DNA from: Thecamonas trahens ATCC 50062 | Lineage: Eukaryota > Protista > Apusomonadida | DNA length: 62,207 nucleotides | Assembly (NCBI RefSeq): GCF_000142905.1 | Contig: NW_013657635.1 | Span: forward strand, 188,100-250,306 | Direction of reading: 5' to 3' | Part shown: positions 11,511-24,200 of the stretch, one piece after another | How the letters are laid out: every line of letters begins with the position of its first letter | Numbering within the stretch: position 1 is the stretch's first letter | Notes under the pieces: generated by a model | What the model saw: only the letters and a program-made list of their open reading frames with translations | Database searches by the model: none | What the model was told of the DNA's origin: nothing | Made by a program: the position numbers and the translations under genes

Positions 11511-11930
11511 GGATGAGTGACTGGAAATTGGACCAGGGCAATTGAAATGCATCATATCATTGATAGAGAAAATGATTGGCAAGCAGGTCAGAGGGGATGG
11601 ACAGCCCAGCCCGACCCAATGTCGGGTCGTCGTCGTCAACCTTGCCACTTCCAACCAAAGCGCGCACGAGCGAACGAGAGCCACGGGCAAGCGGCAACTA
11701 CGACAGCTCCTCTCGCCCACGCGTGCCCACGGTACGCACCCCGTTCTCCCCCCCCTACCCTCCCCCCTCCCACTTCCCCTGCCCCCCCACCCCCACCTAC
11801 CTTGTCACTCCCCCTTCCTCCCCCCTCCCGCACCCCTTCGCCCCCGCCCCCGTCCCACACCACCAAAGGGAGGATGACCACCTCACCCCTCCCTCCTCCC
11901 CTCCCCCCCCTACCCTCCCCACAGGCCGCA

Positions 11931-13929
11931 ATGGCGGACCTCGCACCCGAATTGGTGGCTGCTGTGCGTATTCTTGGAGAAGGCAAGCAGGTGATGGCAA
12001 CGACAGAGCTGGTGGCGGCCGTGTCGGCGGCTACGGCTCAGCCAGGGGGGAAGACCTTGTCAAAGTCGCGGGCGGCGTCGTTGTTGGAACGCTTGCTCAG
12101 CAATCACCTTGGAGAGTACAAGGCTCATGCGCTGGTGTGCCAGGCCGAGATTCCCGCTACCGGCGAGGCGGGCTGGAAGGCAAACTCAGACTCGCCGCTC
12201 CTCGTCCATCTCGCCTCCAAAAACGGCTCATCTTCCGCCACCGCCGCGGCTTCCTCGTCCTCGTCCAAGGCTTCCGGGGCCGGATCTGCAAAGTCTGCGT
12301 CAGCAAGCTCACGGTCAAAAAGCAAGGCAACAAGTGGCGGAGCTGGAGCAAGCTCGGCGGCTGGCGTCGCGAGCAAGGCCAATGCCAAGGCCAAGGCCAA
12401 GACCAAGACCAAGACCAAGACCAAGACCAAGACCAAGACCAAGGCCAAGGCCAAGAGCTCGAGCAAGCAGAGTGAGAGCGCGAGCAACAGCGCCGCCGCC
12501 GCCAAGAAAAAGGCCAAGAGCGGCACAGGGCAAAGGCTCTGTCCCACGCGAGCGGCTAGCCAAGTTTCCGATGTTTGTGCGGTCGACATACTGCATACTG
12601 CTGGAGATCTCGCACCACGCCGAGGCATGCAAGCCGGTGCGGTTCAAGGATCTGTTTGCGGCGGTGATGGACCACAATCCGCCGCTTGTAGTGACCAAGT
12701 CGAAGACGCCCGAGTCGTCGATGTCGCGCGATATCAACGCGCACGTCCGGCTCTACGGCTCGGCTGGGCTGTTTGTCAAGCGGACAGTGTCGGGCGACGT
12801 AATGTGGCAGCTGAATCCGGACCGCGAGGCGCGCAATGCGCTCGAGGGCAAGCTCCGCATCTCCATGCACGACATTTACTCCAAGCTCAACGTCTCGCCC
12901 GAGGCTCAGGCTGAGGCCGAGGCCACCGGCGGCTCGCCGGCGTTTGCGCCGTGGACGGCCGACGTCATGGAGCCGCTCGCGCCGCGACCATCGGGCGGCG
13001 AGGCGCGCAGCAAGGCTAAGGGTCGCGGGCGCAGCAAGGGCAAGGGCAAACCTGGCCCCAAGGCGCGCAAGGCGCGCTCAATCTCGGGCTCGGGCTCTGG
13101 TTCGTCCTCGCCGGGCCTCGCCATTCCGCTCTCGGTGCCGGACTTTGACCGGCTGGCGTCGTCCGAAGCGGCTAAGGCCATCTTTGCCGCGCTGGCGCCG
13201 CCGCCGCCGCCGTCGCCAGCGCCGATGTCGTATGGTCGCGAGCTCATTCCGCCGCACGCGACCGCGGCGCATCACCGGGTCCTCGGCGGGCCTCACCACC
13301 CGGGCCCGGCGCCCGGCCACGCCCAAGTCCCGACGGCCGTCGTCCCGACGGCCGGCGAGCACACGCTTGGCGTCGCCGGCGGGCCGCAGGGCCTCACGCA
13401 TGACGAGCTCGAGGCCCGCAAGCGGTCGTCGTCGCCGCAGGTTATGCGTGTCGCCTCGCCGCCGATGGCGCTCCAAGACGCGGACATGGAAATCGTCCGC
13501 TTTGCCATCCCCGAGTCATCGTCGCCCGACCCGCTGCTGGGCAAGGCCGGCTCTGCCGTGGGCCGCGGCGTGCACCCGGGCCCACACTTTGCCGCCCCGC
13601 GCCACCACCTCACCGTCCCTGGTGCCCACGCCGACGACGCCCTCGTCGACTCACTCTCGGGCGACGCGTCGGCTGCACGCAAGCGCCCACGCGTCGACAC
13701 CGACTCGGCCCCCTTCACCTTTCAATACGGCGAGCCGCCAGGCGGAACCGACGGTCTCAACTCGCCGCTCGACTACATCGTCTCTGAAGGCATGGGCGCC
13801 CCACCGCCGTTCTCCGTCCCCGGCCCGTCGCTCGGCGGCCCGCCGTCCTGCCTCGGCGAGCTCGCTTCGCTCGCCATGCTCCACGTCCACGCCCGCAAGC
13901 GCTCCCGGGGCCTTGACTCGACATCATGA
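11931..13929 (+). CDS. Putative chromatin/DNA-binding protein with a HARE-HTH-like winged helix and Lys-rich tracts
   Basis: ATG 11931 follows a C-rich tract and CAG (possible 5'UTR intron 11732-11924). One-base frame change near 12508-12530. PVRFKDLFAAV..KSKTPESSMSRDI..LFVKR..WQL resembles the HARE-HTH pattern. Confidence 0.65.
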
Positions 13930-13988
13930 CCCCCCCCCCCCAACACCACCTTCCCCACCTCACCCCTCCACCCTCCACCCCCACCCAC

Positions 13989-15898
13989 ATGGACAGCCTC
14001 CCACCCGAGCTTGTCCACCATATCCTCAAGTTTGTGCCACTTCCGACGCTTGGGGCGGCAGCGGCAGTCTGCTCGACCTGGGCGACTCTGGCCACCTCGC
14101 CAGCTCAGCTGGCCGTTCTCGACACATCGCGGTTGCGGCACGTGTTGCAGGAGCAGCTGCTGGCGCTCATCGGCCGCGCCGGACACAACCTCGCTGCTCT
14201 TCGCTTTGTTCTTTATTCACCGCAGGCATCCGGCTCGTATCTCAAGCTCCACGGCCTCGCCGACCTGCTGGCCGCACATCATGCCGGCACAGCGGTCGAT
14301 CGCCCGAGGCTGCCCAAACTCGAGATGCTCGGCGGTGCACTCCCGGCGGATGTTCTACCGCTGCTGGCCAAACATGCGCCGCGGCTGCGGGTGCTAGCGC
14401 TGAGATCGTGGCGCGATGCAGAGCTGGCGAACGTGGTGGCGAGCAGCGGGCAGCTGCTCGCCCGGCTCACCGTCCTCCACCTGGCTCATGTCCCGGTCTC
14501 CGACGCGACGTTGATGGCGCTCGCAGACGCACTCGATGGTGGCCCACTGGAGGAGCTCGCCATCGACGGTACGTTTGGTGATGCGGCACTCAGTCAGCTG
14601 CTGGCCTGCCTCCCGCGTCTCGGTACCCTCGCGCTCAACAAGACGTCGCGACTCTCCGAGCTCGGGCTCGGCGAGGCGCTGGCTGGCGCCTCCGGCCATC
14701 TCACCGCTCTCTTCTGTAACCAGGCTGCGCTCAAGGCTCCACAATGGGAGGCGGCGTCGCTGGACGAGCCGCCACCGGTTGCGCTCAGCGTCCTCGGCCA
14801 GCTGTTTGAGCACAAGTCCGAGCCGCGGCACCCGTTCCCACCACCATTTGCGCGGATGTACTCGCCGGGCCCGCTCTTCACCGCACTCCTCTGGCCGTCG
14901 CTCACCCACATCGCGTGCGACTCGATGGTGCTTTCGCCGCAGATTGCGGTCCACTTTACGGGCCTGGCTCGCTCCGGGTGCTCGAGGCGACAGACCTTGC
15001 ACTCGCGGCGCTGCTCTTTTCTTCGTGGAAGACCATCGAGGAGATCGTCGTCTGGGGCGCGCCCGTCTCGATTGCTGCGCTTGCCGCCGTCCTGAGCGAT
15101 GCACTGGCAAGCGAGCCAGCCAGCCGCTCTCCGCCGCTAGCGGATCTCGTCCTGCCTGCATCCGTCGCTGCCGTTGACGAGCTTGCTGCGCTGCTGAGCG
15201 TTCCTGGCCTTGCCCTGCGCAAGTTGCAGCTCGCCGAGCTTGCGCAGGGTGGCGACGCAGAGTGCCCCGTTCCAGCTAACCTGTCCGACCTCGCCATTGC
15301 GCGATACACCCACACCGGCGAGGACGCCGTCCTTGCTGCACTGCTAGCGTCGTGTTCGCTGGAGCGGGCCAAGTTTGGGCGGCTGGCGTCACCCGTTTCG
15401 GCCGCCCGAGTTCTGGCGTGTCTGAATGGTTGCCCGAGCCAAGCGCTCAAGCTGGTGGAGCTCCACTTGACCGGCCCAAGTCCCGATGACCTCGAGCTGA
15501 CGTGCCTGGGGCAGGTGCAGGATGCGCAGTTGAGCTGGCAGTCAGGAAGTGCATTGCAGCTTGTGGCGCGGATGCCGCAGCTGCGATTCCTCTCACTCTC
15601 GGGCGTGCTCGGCAGCCTTCCTGAGCTGCTGAGCTGCACGCCATACCTGGCATCACTGCTGTTGGAGAGCAGCGAGTGGGAGATGGGCGAGGCGGCCAGC
15701 AATGTGTGCCTCAGCGAGCTCCACACACTCCAACTCAAGAAGACCCGATCGCCGGGAAGCGAAGCCGAGCTGGACGCGATGCTTGCGCTCTTTCCGCGGC
15801 TGCGGCGGCTGCGGCTGAGCCGGACACCGATTGACGGCGCAAGCACGAGTGCTGTCGGAGGTGGTATCAATCTTCTTTACGCGCACCAGCGAGCGTGA
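13989..15898 (+). CDS. F-box/leucine-rich-repeat protein
   Basis: MDSLPPELVHHILKFV..VCSTW F-box followed by LxxLxL repeats. One missing base near 14970 joins ORFs 13926 and 14915 (..LARLRVLEATDL). Confidence 0.85.
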
Positions 15899-15935
15899 TC
15901 AGTGCGCGGGAGCGCCAGAGCCAGCGCGAGGGCGT

Positions 15936-18653
15936 TCAGTGCGCCGCGGGGTTCAAAAAGGCAGAGCGGCCGATGGTTCGGAGGGCGAGCATTTCGGCGG
16001 CGTCGCGGTCGTCGCGGAGGCTTCGGCGGTTTGCGTCTCCGCCGCCGGCGATGCTCTCCTGCTGCATGGTGACGCGAACAAAGGCGTCGAGCTTGTCGGC
16101 GAGGCGGACAAAGCGGCAGTAGCCGGACTGGAACGCCGCATCGGACGACATGCTCCGCTGCAGGAGCCGAAGCCAGGCGATGAGTTCCAGTCTCGCAGCG
16201 CTGTACTCGCCGGCCTGGGCAAGGGAAGCGGCGGCATGGAGGGCGTGGATGCCTGTGATGGCCGACGAGACGTTGCGCTCCGAGACGCTGCGGTCCTCGG
16301 TGACCGCCACCTTGCGCGAGACGACGCGGAGCATGGTGGCGCCGTCGGCGCGCTGGTAGGTGATCTGGGCCTGAACGACGGCCGAGGCCGGCGGAGGCGC
16401 ACCACATTCCTTGGTCCGGCTCGGTGAGGCGACGAACTCGAACGAGAGCTCGGTGTCTGCGGTGACGTTGCCGACGTCGACCTCCCACCAGCCGCCAAGC
16501 TGGTCTGCGGTGACAGGCTCGATGCCTGTACCAGCAACGAGAGCCATGCCAGCCGGGGCGTGGATGCGGAGCGAAGCCTTGATGGCGGCAACGGCGGTGG
16601 CCTCGACGACGGCAGCCATGTTGGTGCCGAGCGCAAGCGGATCGAGGAGCTCGACCCGGCCGCCGGTGGCGACGGTGACCGCGCCTAGGGCCTCGAGCTC
16701 GCACTCGTCGTCGGCGATGGAGAGGACTGAGACGGTGACACCGGCGGCGGCAGCGCGACCGGCGAGCGCGGCATACGTTGCTTCCGCCGCAGCGTTTGTC
16801 CCGCCGTCGAGCGAACCGATGCCGATGTTGGCGCAGCCGTCGGTGCAGAGGACGATGCGCGAGCCGGGCGCAGCCTCGCACATGCCGACGGCGACGGCGA
16901 GTGCCGGGCCGAGCGCGGTGCCACCGGACTCGGTCAGGCCGTGGACATAGGTGGCGAGATCGCCAGCGGCAGCCGAAAGCGGCGCGGCAGTGGCGGTGGC
17001 CATCTTGCGGCCGCGGGCAAGGAGCGCGTCGGTCTCGCCGAGCAGATCGCCGGCGAGCGTGACCGGGGCGTCGAGGGTGGAGCCGTCGCCGTAGACGACA
17101 ACGTCCGAGGCAAATGAGACGAGTCCTGCGCGCGAGGCCGGGTCGGCGGTAGCGGCGGCGCGGATCTGGGCCTCGACCGCGACCTGGAGTGCGGCTAGGC
17201 GCGAGATGTAGAGCTCGCCGTTGGACGCGCCGCCACGAGCCATGCCGTGGGCAAGCTCGCCGAGCTCGGCCAGCAGTGCTTCGTGCTTGCGGCGCTCAGC
17301 GTCATGGAAGAGCCGAGCAATGTGGGCAGGCAGTGCCGAGAGCTGCACCGGCGACGCAACGCACATCGAGCCACTGACGTCGAGGACAAATATGGTTCGT
17401 GGGGCAACAGCGTCGTCGATGGTGGCGGTAGCGTCAGCGCCGGGCGCCACCATGAACTCGACGGTCTCGCCGTCGGGGATCTCCTCGGGGTACACCTCTG
17501 TCTCGTTAATCTGGCCGCAGAACTCACACGTCCACACAACGACGTCGTCGTCGTCAGACTCGTCGCCGCGCTCAAGCTGCGAGTAGAGGTTGAGCGAGCT
17601 CGAGCAATCGGTGCAACGGACAGGCTCACCGGTCATGGCGGCGCAGGCGAGGTTGGGCAAGGCTGCAGCGGTGGATGCGGCAGCAGCGCCGGCGGCAGAG
17701 CCGTCGAGACTGCCGAGCGGAAAGTTAGTCGGCTCGAGGAGCGAGGCCAGGGCAAGGGTGACGACGTTGGCGTTGGCGACGCGGACCGGCTCACCCTCGG
17801 GCTCGTCAGCCGGCGCGTCCGCGGGCTCGTCTGCAGAAGCAGCATTCGGCAGGCCAGGAGGCTGGTCCTCGGTTGACTGAACGGACGCGACTGGTGGGAG
17901 CGACGGTGGCAGCGGAGGCACAGGCGGCGCGGCGAGCTCGATGGAGACGTGCGCGTCAGCGATGGCTTCGTCGGCGTAGCGCTGGGCCGAATCAGGCGAG
18001 GTAGGCGCGGCGGCAGGCGTGTCGAGCGGAGCCTTGAGGGAGAGGATGCCACGCTTACTTTGGGCCTCATCGCCGACGTAGGAATCTTTCTGACCCATGC
18101 CAACCATGACGCCCTGATGGCGTGGACGGCCGACGAGGGCGGGGAAGACCGAGCTCGGCGAGTCGTTGCCGGCAAAGCCAGCCTTGACCATGGCGCCACC
18201 GACGTCAAAGACGATGACGTTGTCCAAGTTGGAGAAGCGGGGCGCATAGCATGGAGCGGGCGAGGTGGAGATGCCGAGACCTGTGGAGGCCGCTACATCG
18301 TCTGCGGTGGGGAAGAGTGCGGCGCGGGCGGCAGGCGAGAGTGATCGGATCGAGTCGCCAAAGAGGGAGGCGTCGGTAGCGAGAGAGTTGGCGTCGGCGC
18401 GGAGACGAGCGTCGGCCAAGGCACGCATCCGCTTGAGCAGTTTCTTGTTGCGGCACTGGCGATAGCCCATGGCGTTGACGAGCGAGAGCAGCTCGCCGCC
18501 CATGATGGGCGCCTCCGGGTTGGTCTTGGCCTCGGCCACCCAGACCTCGACTTGCTCCTTGACCGAGAACGCAAGCCCATCCTCGAGCTCCGAGGTCAGG
18601 ACCCGCTCCTCGCATGGGCGGCCGATAAACATTGCGTCCGACGCAAACTGCAT
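15936..18653 (-). CDS. Sec23/24-type zinc finger plus vWA protein (CPRas-like, no Ras domain seen) carrying an actin N-terminal fragment
   Basis: PVRCTDC..WTCEFCG zinc finger; v[25 protein letters not shown] and [13 protein letters not shown]; actin-like [30 protein letters not shown]. Confidence 0.88.
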   Translation of the reverse strand: MQFASDAMFIGRPCEERVLTSELEDGLAFSVKEQVEVWVAEAKTNPEAPIMGGELLSLVNAMGYRQCRNKKLLKRMRALADARLRADANSLATDASLFGDSIRSLSPAARAALFPTADDVAASTGLGISTSPAPCYAPRFSNLDNVIVFDVGGAMVKAGFAGNDSPSSVFPALVGRPRHQGVMVGMGQKDSYVGDEAQSKRGILSLKAPLDTPAAAPTSPDSAQRYADEAIADAHVSIELAAPPVPPLPPSLPPVASVQSTEDQPPGLPNAASADEPADAPADEPEGEPVRVANANVVTLALASLLEPTNFPLGSLDGSAAGAAAASTAAALPNLACAAMTGEPVRCTDCSSSLNLYSQLERGDESDDDDVVVWTCEFCGQINETEVYPEEIPDGETVEFMVAPGADATATIDDAVAPRTIFVLDVSGSMCVASPVQLSALPAHIARLFHDAERRKHEALLAELGELAHGMARGGASNGELYISRLAALQVAVEAQIRAAATADPASRAGLVSFASDVVVYGDGSTLDAPVTLAGDLLGETDALLARGRKMATATAAPLSAAAGDLATYVHGLTESGGTALGPALAVAVGMCEAAPGSRIVLCTDGCANIGIGSLDGGTNAAAEATYAALAGRAAAAGVTVSVLSIADDECELEALGAVTVATGGRVELLDPLALGTNMAAVVEATAVAAIKASLRIHAPAGMALVAGTGIEPVTADQLGGWWEVDVGNVTADTELSFEFVASPSRTKECGAPPPASAVVQAQITYQRADGATMLRVVSRKVAVTEDRSVSERNVSSAITGIHALHAAASLAQAGEYSAARLELIAWLRLLQRSMSSDAAFQSGYCRFVRLADKLDAFVRVTMQQESIAGGGDANRRSLRDDRDAAEMLALRTIGRSAFLNPAAH

Positions 18654-18844
18654 GGTGGCGATGGGCTGGCGATCGGATGATGCTACACGGTTGGGCGGCT
18701 AGCGCGCACTACCCCATGGCGTTTTTGGCCGTTGCTCGAGGGCGTGGAAGCCGGGTTCCACCTGTCCGGCGCGTCCGAAAATCGAGTGTTGGGCGAGGCG
18801 AGTTTTATACTTGCCAGTGATGGCGGCATGTGCCCTGCTTGCGG

Positions 18845-19771
18845 CTACTCGGTGTCCATGTCGGTGGGCTTGGCGCCCTCGGCGGTGGCGCCGGTCTGGG
18901 AGAAGGCCGAGGCCGAGGGCGTGGTGGCAGGAGCGGAAGTGAGTGTGGCCGATGCAGGCGCGTCTGCGGGAGGGACGGACAAGCCCATAGCGGCGGCCAT
19001 GGGAGCCGGAAAGCCGGGCGGGAGGGTGGCACCCGGCGGGACTGCGCCCACGGCCATCATCTGCATGTAGTGCTGCATCTGGGCGGTGATGGACATCTGC
19101 ATCTGGTAAAAGAGGGCGAGGGCGGCGTTGGTTGAGCCAAAGGCGTTCTGCGGGCCCGCAGCCCAATCGGGGGACGGCATCTCGCCCGAGGTGGCAGGAG
19201 CACCAGTAAGGCCGCCTGCGGCCTTGACCTCCTGGGCCTCGATGTAGTGGGCGAGGGCGATGTGTGCGGTGGCGCGGGTAAAGGCGCCGGCATGCTGTAG
19301 AACGGCCGACGAGTCGCGCTTGGGTGATGTGGCAGTGGAGATCCAGGGCGGGAGGGCGTTGCGTGCGGCGGCTCTGCGGGCAAACATTTCGTTGTGGTGA
19401 TGATAGGCGCCGGCGTAGGAGGACGACGGCTTGTTGGCCGGCCACGTGCTCCGCGACTTGATGGCCTTGAGCGTCTCGGGCTCTGCCACGTAGTGACGGA
19501 CGATGCGGCGCTGGACGGGGCGGCGCTTGCGGACGGGGAAGCGCTTGCGCTTGCGGCCCTGGCTCGAGGGGGCAGCCGAAGCGCGCGCGACCTTTGCTGC
19601 GTCGGACTGATGGAAGGCGTGTGTCAGCTGTGCGGCGCGTGCGGCCTGCTCCTGCGAGGCCCAAATGGGCGGAGCCATGAGCGAGGGGAGGGCGGCGGGG
19701 ACGAGGGAGCATGCGCGGAAGACCCTGTTACCGACGGGGCACACGATGCCCTTGTTGCGGGCGGTGGACAT
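18845..19771 (-). CDS. Hypothetical protein with a basic NLS-like segment and a Met/Gln/Pro-rich tail
   Basis: 308-aa ATG ORF with GC3-biased codons and a C/A-rich leader; contains GRKRKRFPVRKRR. Confidence 0.65.
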   Translation of the reverse strand: MSTARNKGIVCPVGNRVFRACSLVPAALPSLMAPPIWASQEQAARAAQLTHAFHQSDAAKVARASAAPSSQGRKRKRFPVRKRRPVQRRIVRHYVAEPETLKAIKSRSTWPANKPSSSYAGAYHHHNEMFARRAAARNALPPWISTATSPKRDSSAVLQHAGAFTRATAHIALAHYIEAQEVKAAGGLTGAPATSGEMPSPDWAAGPQNAFGSTNAALALFYQMQMSITAQMQHYMQMMAVGAVPPGATLPPGFPAPMAAAMGLSVPPADAPASATLTSAPATTPSASAFSQTGATAEGAKPTDMDTE

Positions 19772-19859
19772 TGGGTGGGGGTGGCGGTGGTGGTGGTGGG
19801 GAGAGGTGTGTGGTTGGTGGTGGTGGTGGTGATGTACGCTTGTGTGTGTGTGGTTGATG

Positions 19860-20135
19860 GTTGGTGGTTGGTTGGTGGTGGTGGTTGGTGGTCATTAACA
19901 TTAATCGTTGGATATTGATTATGTGTGGGGTGACTGGTGGTTGGTGGTGGTGGTGGGTGGTCATTAACATTAATCGTTGGATATTGATTATGTGTGGGGT
20001 GACTGGTGGTTGGTGGTGGTGGTGGGTGGTCATTGACATTAATCGTTGGATATTGATTATGTGTGGGGTGACTGGTGGTGGTTGGTGGTGGTGGCAGGCC
20101 ATTAACATTAATGGTTACCCGTTGATTATGATTAT
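19860..20135. repeat. 69-nt tandem repeat, ~4 copies, in a divergent intergenic region
   Basis: (A/G)TTGATT at 19914, 19983, 20052 and 20121 (period 69); the unit includes cattaacattaatcgttggatattgattatgtgtggggtgactggtgg. Confidence 0.9.
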
Positions 20136-20225
20136 GCCCTCAGTTGTTCGTCACCACCACCCGCCAGTCACAGTCCAGCAGGTGTCCACCCACCCGTCTC
20201 TCTCCACCTGGCTGTGTCTACGAGG

Positions 20226-21221
20226 ATGGATGGCGACAGCAGTCGGGCAGACGGTGCCGGTGTGCATGGAGAGGTAGCCGGCGAGCAGGAGAGGAGGCAG
20301 GACAAGGGCAAGGAGAAGGGCAAGGAGAAGGAGAAGGGCAAGGAGAAGGAGAAGGGCAAGAGCAAGGACAGGGGCAAGGGCAAGGGCAAGGGCAAGGACA
20401 AGGACAAGGACAAGGACAAAGCCAAGAGCAAGACGGGCGAGAAGGAGAAGGACAAGGGACGGGGGAAGGGCAAGGGAAAGGGCAAGGCTAAGGACAAAGC
20501 CAAGGACCGGGCCAAGGCGAGGAACAAGAGCAAGGCCAAGGGCAAGGACAAGGGCAAGGGCAGGGACAAGGCCAAGGCCAAGTCGCGGGAGAAGGACAAG
20601 TCCAAGGCCAAGTCGCGGGAGAAGGAGGAGAAGGCGAAAACACGGACAAAGCCAGGAAGAGCCGTTAAGACGGTCAATAGGAGAGTGTTCACCCCTGCGG
20701 AGATCGACGAGCTCCGTGGTGCCTTTGAGCTGCTCGACCGCGACGGAAACGGCGAGATCTCGGTGGCCGACCTCGCCTCGGTCATGAAGGACTTGCGTGT
20801 CTCCATGTCCAAGTCGAAGATCCAGCGGTACATCGACTCGATGGACTGCACAGGCACCGGCGGCGTCGACTTTCCCGAGTTTATCACCTTTATGGCGTCA
20901 ACCACCATCTCGCTCGACGACGTGCCCAACGTGCCCGAGCCCATTGTCGACGCCTCACAGCACGACGAGTTGCGCATCTTCTTTGGCGTCCTCGACTCGG
21001 GTCAGACCGGCGAAGTCCGTCGTAAGTCGCTTCGCCGCGCTGTCCAGCCGCTCCTCGACTCGCACATGTCCACCCGCGACATTAATCGCATGTTCAAGTT
21101 GCTTGAAATCTCCGGCCGCGGCTCCATCTCGTACGATGACTTTACCACCATTGTCGACACGGCCACGCCCGACACCCCCTCGCGCCGCTCGTCGGCCACC
21201 CAGGCCTTCCCAGACCACTAG
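20226..21221 (+). CDS. Calmodulin/centrin-like EF-hand protein with a long Lys-rich N-terminus
   Basis: ELRGAFELLDRDGNGEISVADL, MDCTGTGGVDFPEF, plus two degenerate C-terminal hands. Confidence 0.88.
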   Translation: MDGDSSRADGAGVHGEVAGEQERRQDKGKEKGKEKEKGKEKEKGKSKDRGKGKGKGKDKDKDKDKAKSKTGEKEKDKGRGKGKGKGKAKDKAKDRAKARNKSKAKGKDKGKGRDKAKAKSREKDKSKAKSREKEEKAKTRTKPGRAVKTVNRRVFTPAEIDELRGAFELLDRDGNGEISVADLASVMKDLRVSMSKSKIQRYIDSMDCTGTGGVDFPEFITFMASTTISLDDVPNVPEPIVDASQHDELRIFFGVLDSGQTGEVRRKSLRRAVQPLLDSHMSTRDINRMFKLLEISGRGSISYDDFTTIVDTATPDTPSRRSSATQAFPDH

Positions 21222-21234
21222 TAAAACAAGCGCA

Positions 21235-24200
21235 TCAGCTGCCGCCGCCGCCGCCACCGAGGGTCGACGTGTGCGAGGTGAGCTGCTGGTTGAGCCCGTC
21301 CTCCATGGCCTGCGCGAGGAACGGATGCTCGAGGACAACCGCCGAGTCGGCTGTCTCGGAGCTTGACTGCGAGAGCGTGGTCGACGAGCACGACGACCAC
21401 GACGGCGCATGGGTCGAGTTCTGCGACGCTGACTCGGATTGCGACGGCGTCTGCGAGCGCGAGCGCGAGCGCGAGCGCGGCTGCGGCGCCTTTGGCGTGT
21501 ACGGCTTGGCTGCCAGCGCCGCCGCCATGTCGAACGAGGTCGAGAGCTTGCGCGCCGCTGCCCGTCGCTCGCCGTCGGCCTGCCGCTGCTGCAGCGCCTG
21601 GTTGTACTGCACCATCATGTCCGGCTGCGACGCAACCTTGGTGAGCGAGTACAGGTGCGCGCCGTAGAACTCGTCGTCCTCGGTCACGTACGAGTCGTCG
21701 CCCATGGACGAGTCGTCGTAGTACATCGTCGGCGGCTGGAGCATGTAACCGGCCGAGCTGCCGGCGCCGGCCACCGGCCCGCCATGCACCACAACAGGCA
21801 GCCCGTTTGAGGCCGACGACTCGCACCCGTCGTACGACACAGCCCGGTAGTCGGGTACGACCGAGAGCGAGACCGCTGCCGCGCCCGACGGCCGCCGTCG
21901 CATCGCCCGCCGCAGCGCCACCTTGTGCGACCGCCCGCCGTCGCGCCCCAGCGACGGGTACCGGATGTCCGACTCGGTCGACGACTCTTCGTTGTACACG
22001 TATGACGCCGAAAAGTCCGACATGCTCGGCGACACTCGCTCGTCGTCAGTCGGCGGAGCGCGGCGACCGCCACCCGGCGCACTGGCAGCTGCGGCCGTGG
22101 CGGTTGCCGATGCAGCTGCCGCCGACGGAGCGCCGTTGCCGGCGGCTTGGGCCATGCCAAACGGGTTCATAAAGTTCATGAACATCATGCCCGGAACGGT
22201 GCCGGCCCCCGAGTCAGAGTCCGAGCCTGCGCCAGTGGCGCCGGCCATCATGCCCGGCATCATGCCCGGCATCATGCCCGGCATCATGCCCGGCACCATG
22301 CCCGGCACCATGCCCGGCACCATGCCCGCCGACGACGGTGCCGCCATCTGCTGCGCCATCTGCTGCGCCATCTGTTGTTGCATCTGCATCGTCGCAAGCA
22401 TCGGGTTGGCCATCGGCGCAAAGAGCTGCGGGTACATGCCCATGCCCATGCCCATGCCCAGCATGCCGCCAAACAGCGGGTTCGCCGCAGGCGGAGGCGT
22501 GAAGCCCGCCTCAAACTTGGCTCGGGTGATGAACGGGTGGCTCTTGGCCTGGACAGGGCTCCACCGTGTGCCCGGATCTAGGGTGAGGCAGCCCTTGACA
22601 AAGTGCACGAACGCGGCGCGCGCCTCGTTCTCGGCTTGCAGCTCCGCACCGGCCAAGCCCTTGGCGTGTGGATACTGCAGGATGATAGTCTCGAGGTCGG
22701 TGGCGCCAAAGTACTGCTTGTTGTCGGCCGGCTGAATGCCAGCACCAGCTGCATGCTCGGCAGGCGTCTTGAGCCGGAAGCTCCCGTCGGCAGCCGGGCC
22801 GTGGTAGAACTTGCTCGTCGCCGTTCCGGCCGCGAGCATGTGGACTGGAAACTCGCCGAGCATGTCGGTGATTCGCTGGACCTGGTTGTACTCGTTGGCG
22901 CCCGGAAAGAGCGGAATGCCTAGGAAAAGCTCCGCGGCAATGCATCCGAGTGACCACATGTCGATGGCACCGGTGTACGGGACGCCGAGCAAGACCTCGG
23001 GCGAGCGGTAGAACCGTGACTGGATGTAGGTGTAGACTCGCTGGTGGACGAAACAGGCCGAGCCAAAGTCGATGACCTTGAGGTGCGGTGACTCGATGTC
23101 TTGTAGCAGAATGTTCTCCGGCTTGAGGTCACAGTGGATGACGCCAGTCCGGGCCAGCAGCGAGAGCACGTCCAGCACCTGCACCACGAGAACCCGGATG
23201 AGTGAGAGCGAGAGGCCCTTGAACCCGTTTTGCTTGATGAGCTCGTAGAGGTTGACCGAGAGGAGCTCAAAGACAATGCACAGATGGCCAGCGTGGACAA
23301 ACGAGTCGAGCATCCGCACAATGTAGTGCTCGTTGTTGGGATCGCATGAAGTGTTGAGCCACTGCAGCACGCTCACTTCCATGTATGCCTGGTTGGTGTA
23401 CGCCCGCTTGGACTTCACCACCTTGACCGCAAGCTCGGCTCCGGTTCGGTCGTCGACGCACTTGACCACCTGCCCAAACGTGCCGGCGCCAAGCAAGTCA
23501 ACGACACGGTACGCCTTGGCGCCCGTCGTCCCGGCCGTCAGCACATCGTCCACGTGCAGGATGAGGTCGTGGTTCTCATTGTCGCGCCCTGAGTTGTGCA
23601 TGCCTTTGGACGGCTGCGTCAGCGCCCGCCGCGGCCGTAGATGCGGTTCGTACTTGAAGCTCGGCTGGACTCGGACGTAGCACGAGAGCAGGCCGCACGT
23701 TGCCCGCGCCACCACCGACGACACACTGCGCGGCTTGGTGCCAAGCGCACTGGCCTGGGTGCGCGCTCCAGACCCAGCAGTAGGCCCGCGGCGGAACGCG
23801 CACATCCTCCCGCCGAATACCGGCTTGGCCGAGTGGGCTCGTTCCGGGCCGCCGCCGGCGCTCGACTCACCCGACGACGACTCGGTCTCCGAGTCAGACG
23901 ACGAGGTTGTCACGTCAGACGTCGACGACATCGACGTGTCCATGGTCGTCGTGTCGTCTTCGGTAGTGAGCGCTGAAGACGAGATGCTCTTGAGCTTGCG
24001 GCTCTCGGGTGCTGGCGGGACCAGCCGCGTGACTGACGCTTTGGGCGGTGACGTTCGCCGCTGCGGCTTGGCTTTGGGCTGGGACGCCAGCGTCCGCACC
24101 TTGGTTTGTGGACTTGAGACACCGACACTCCCGCCGCGAGCCGCTCCCACCGATGCTGCCACCAGTGGAGAGCCCGACCCGCTTGTTCGCCGTGGCTTGA

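Noticed and set aside
11880-11933. Spliced-leader trans-splicing (CAG just before the ATG here, near 49011, 54284 and 56961)
   Set aside because: A cis donor (GTACGC 11732) exists here, and many genes (13989, 19771, 25511, 49349, 55288) have no nearby AG. It cannot be supported without 5' transcript data.
18020-18225. Actin gene or pseudogene
   Set aside because: Only ~65 codons, in frame within a longer intact ORF; treated as a fusion instead.
19860-20135. CRISPR-like array (also 49098-49266 and 7236-7323)
   Set aside because: Head-to-tail repeats with no unique spacers, no cas genes, and a eukaryotic context.
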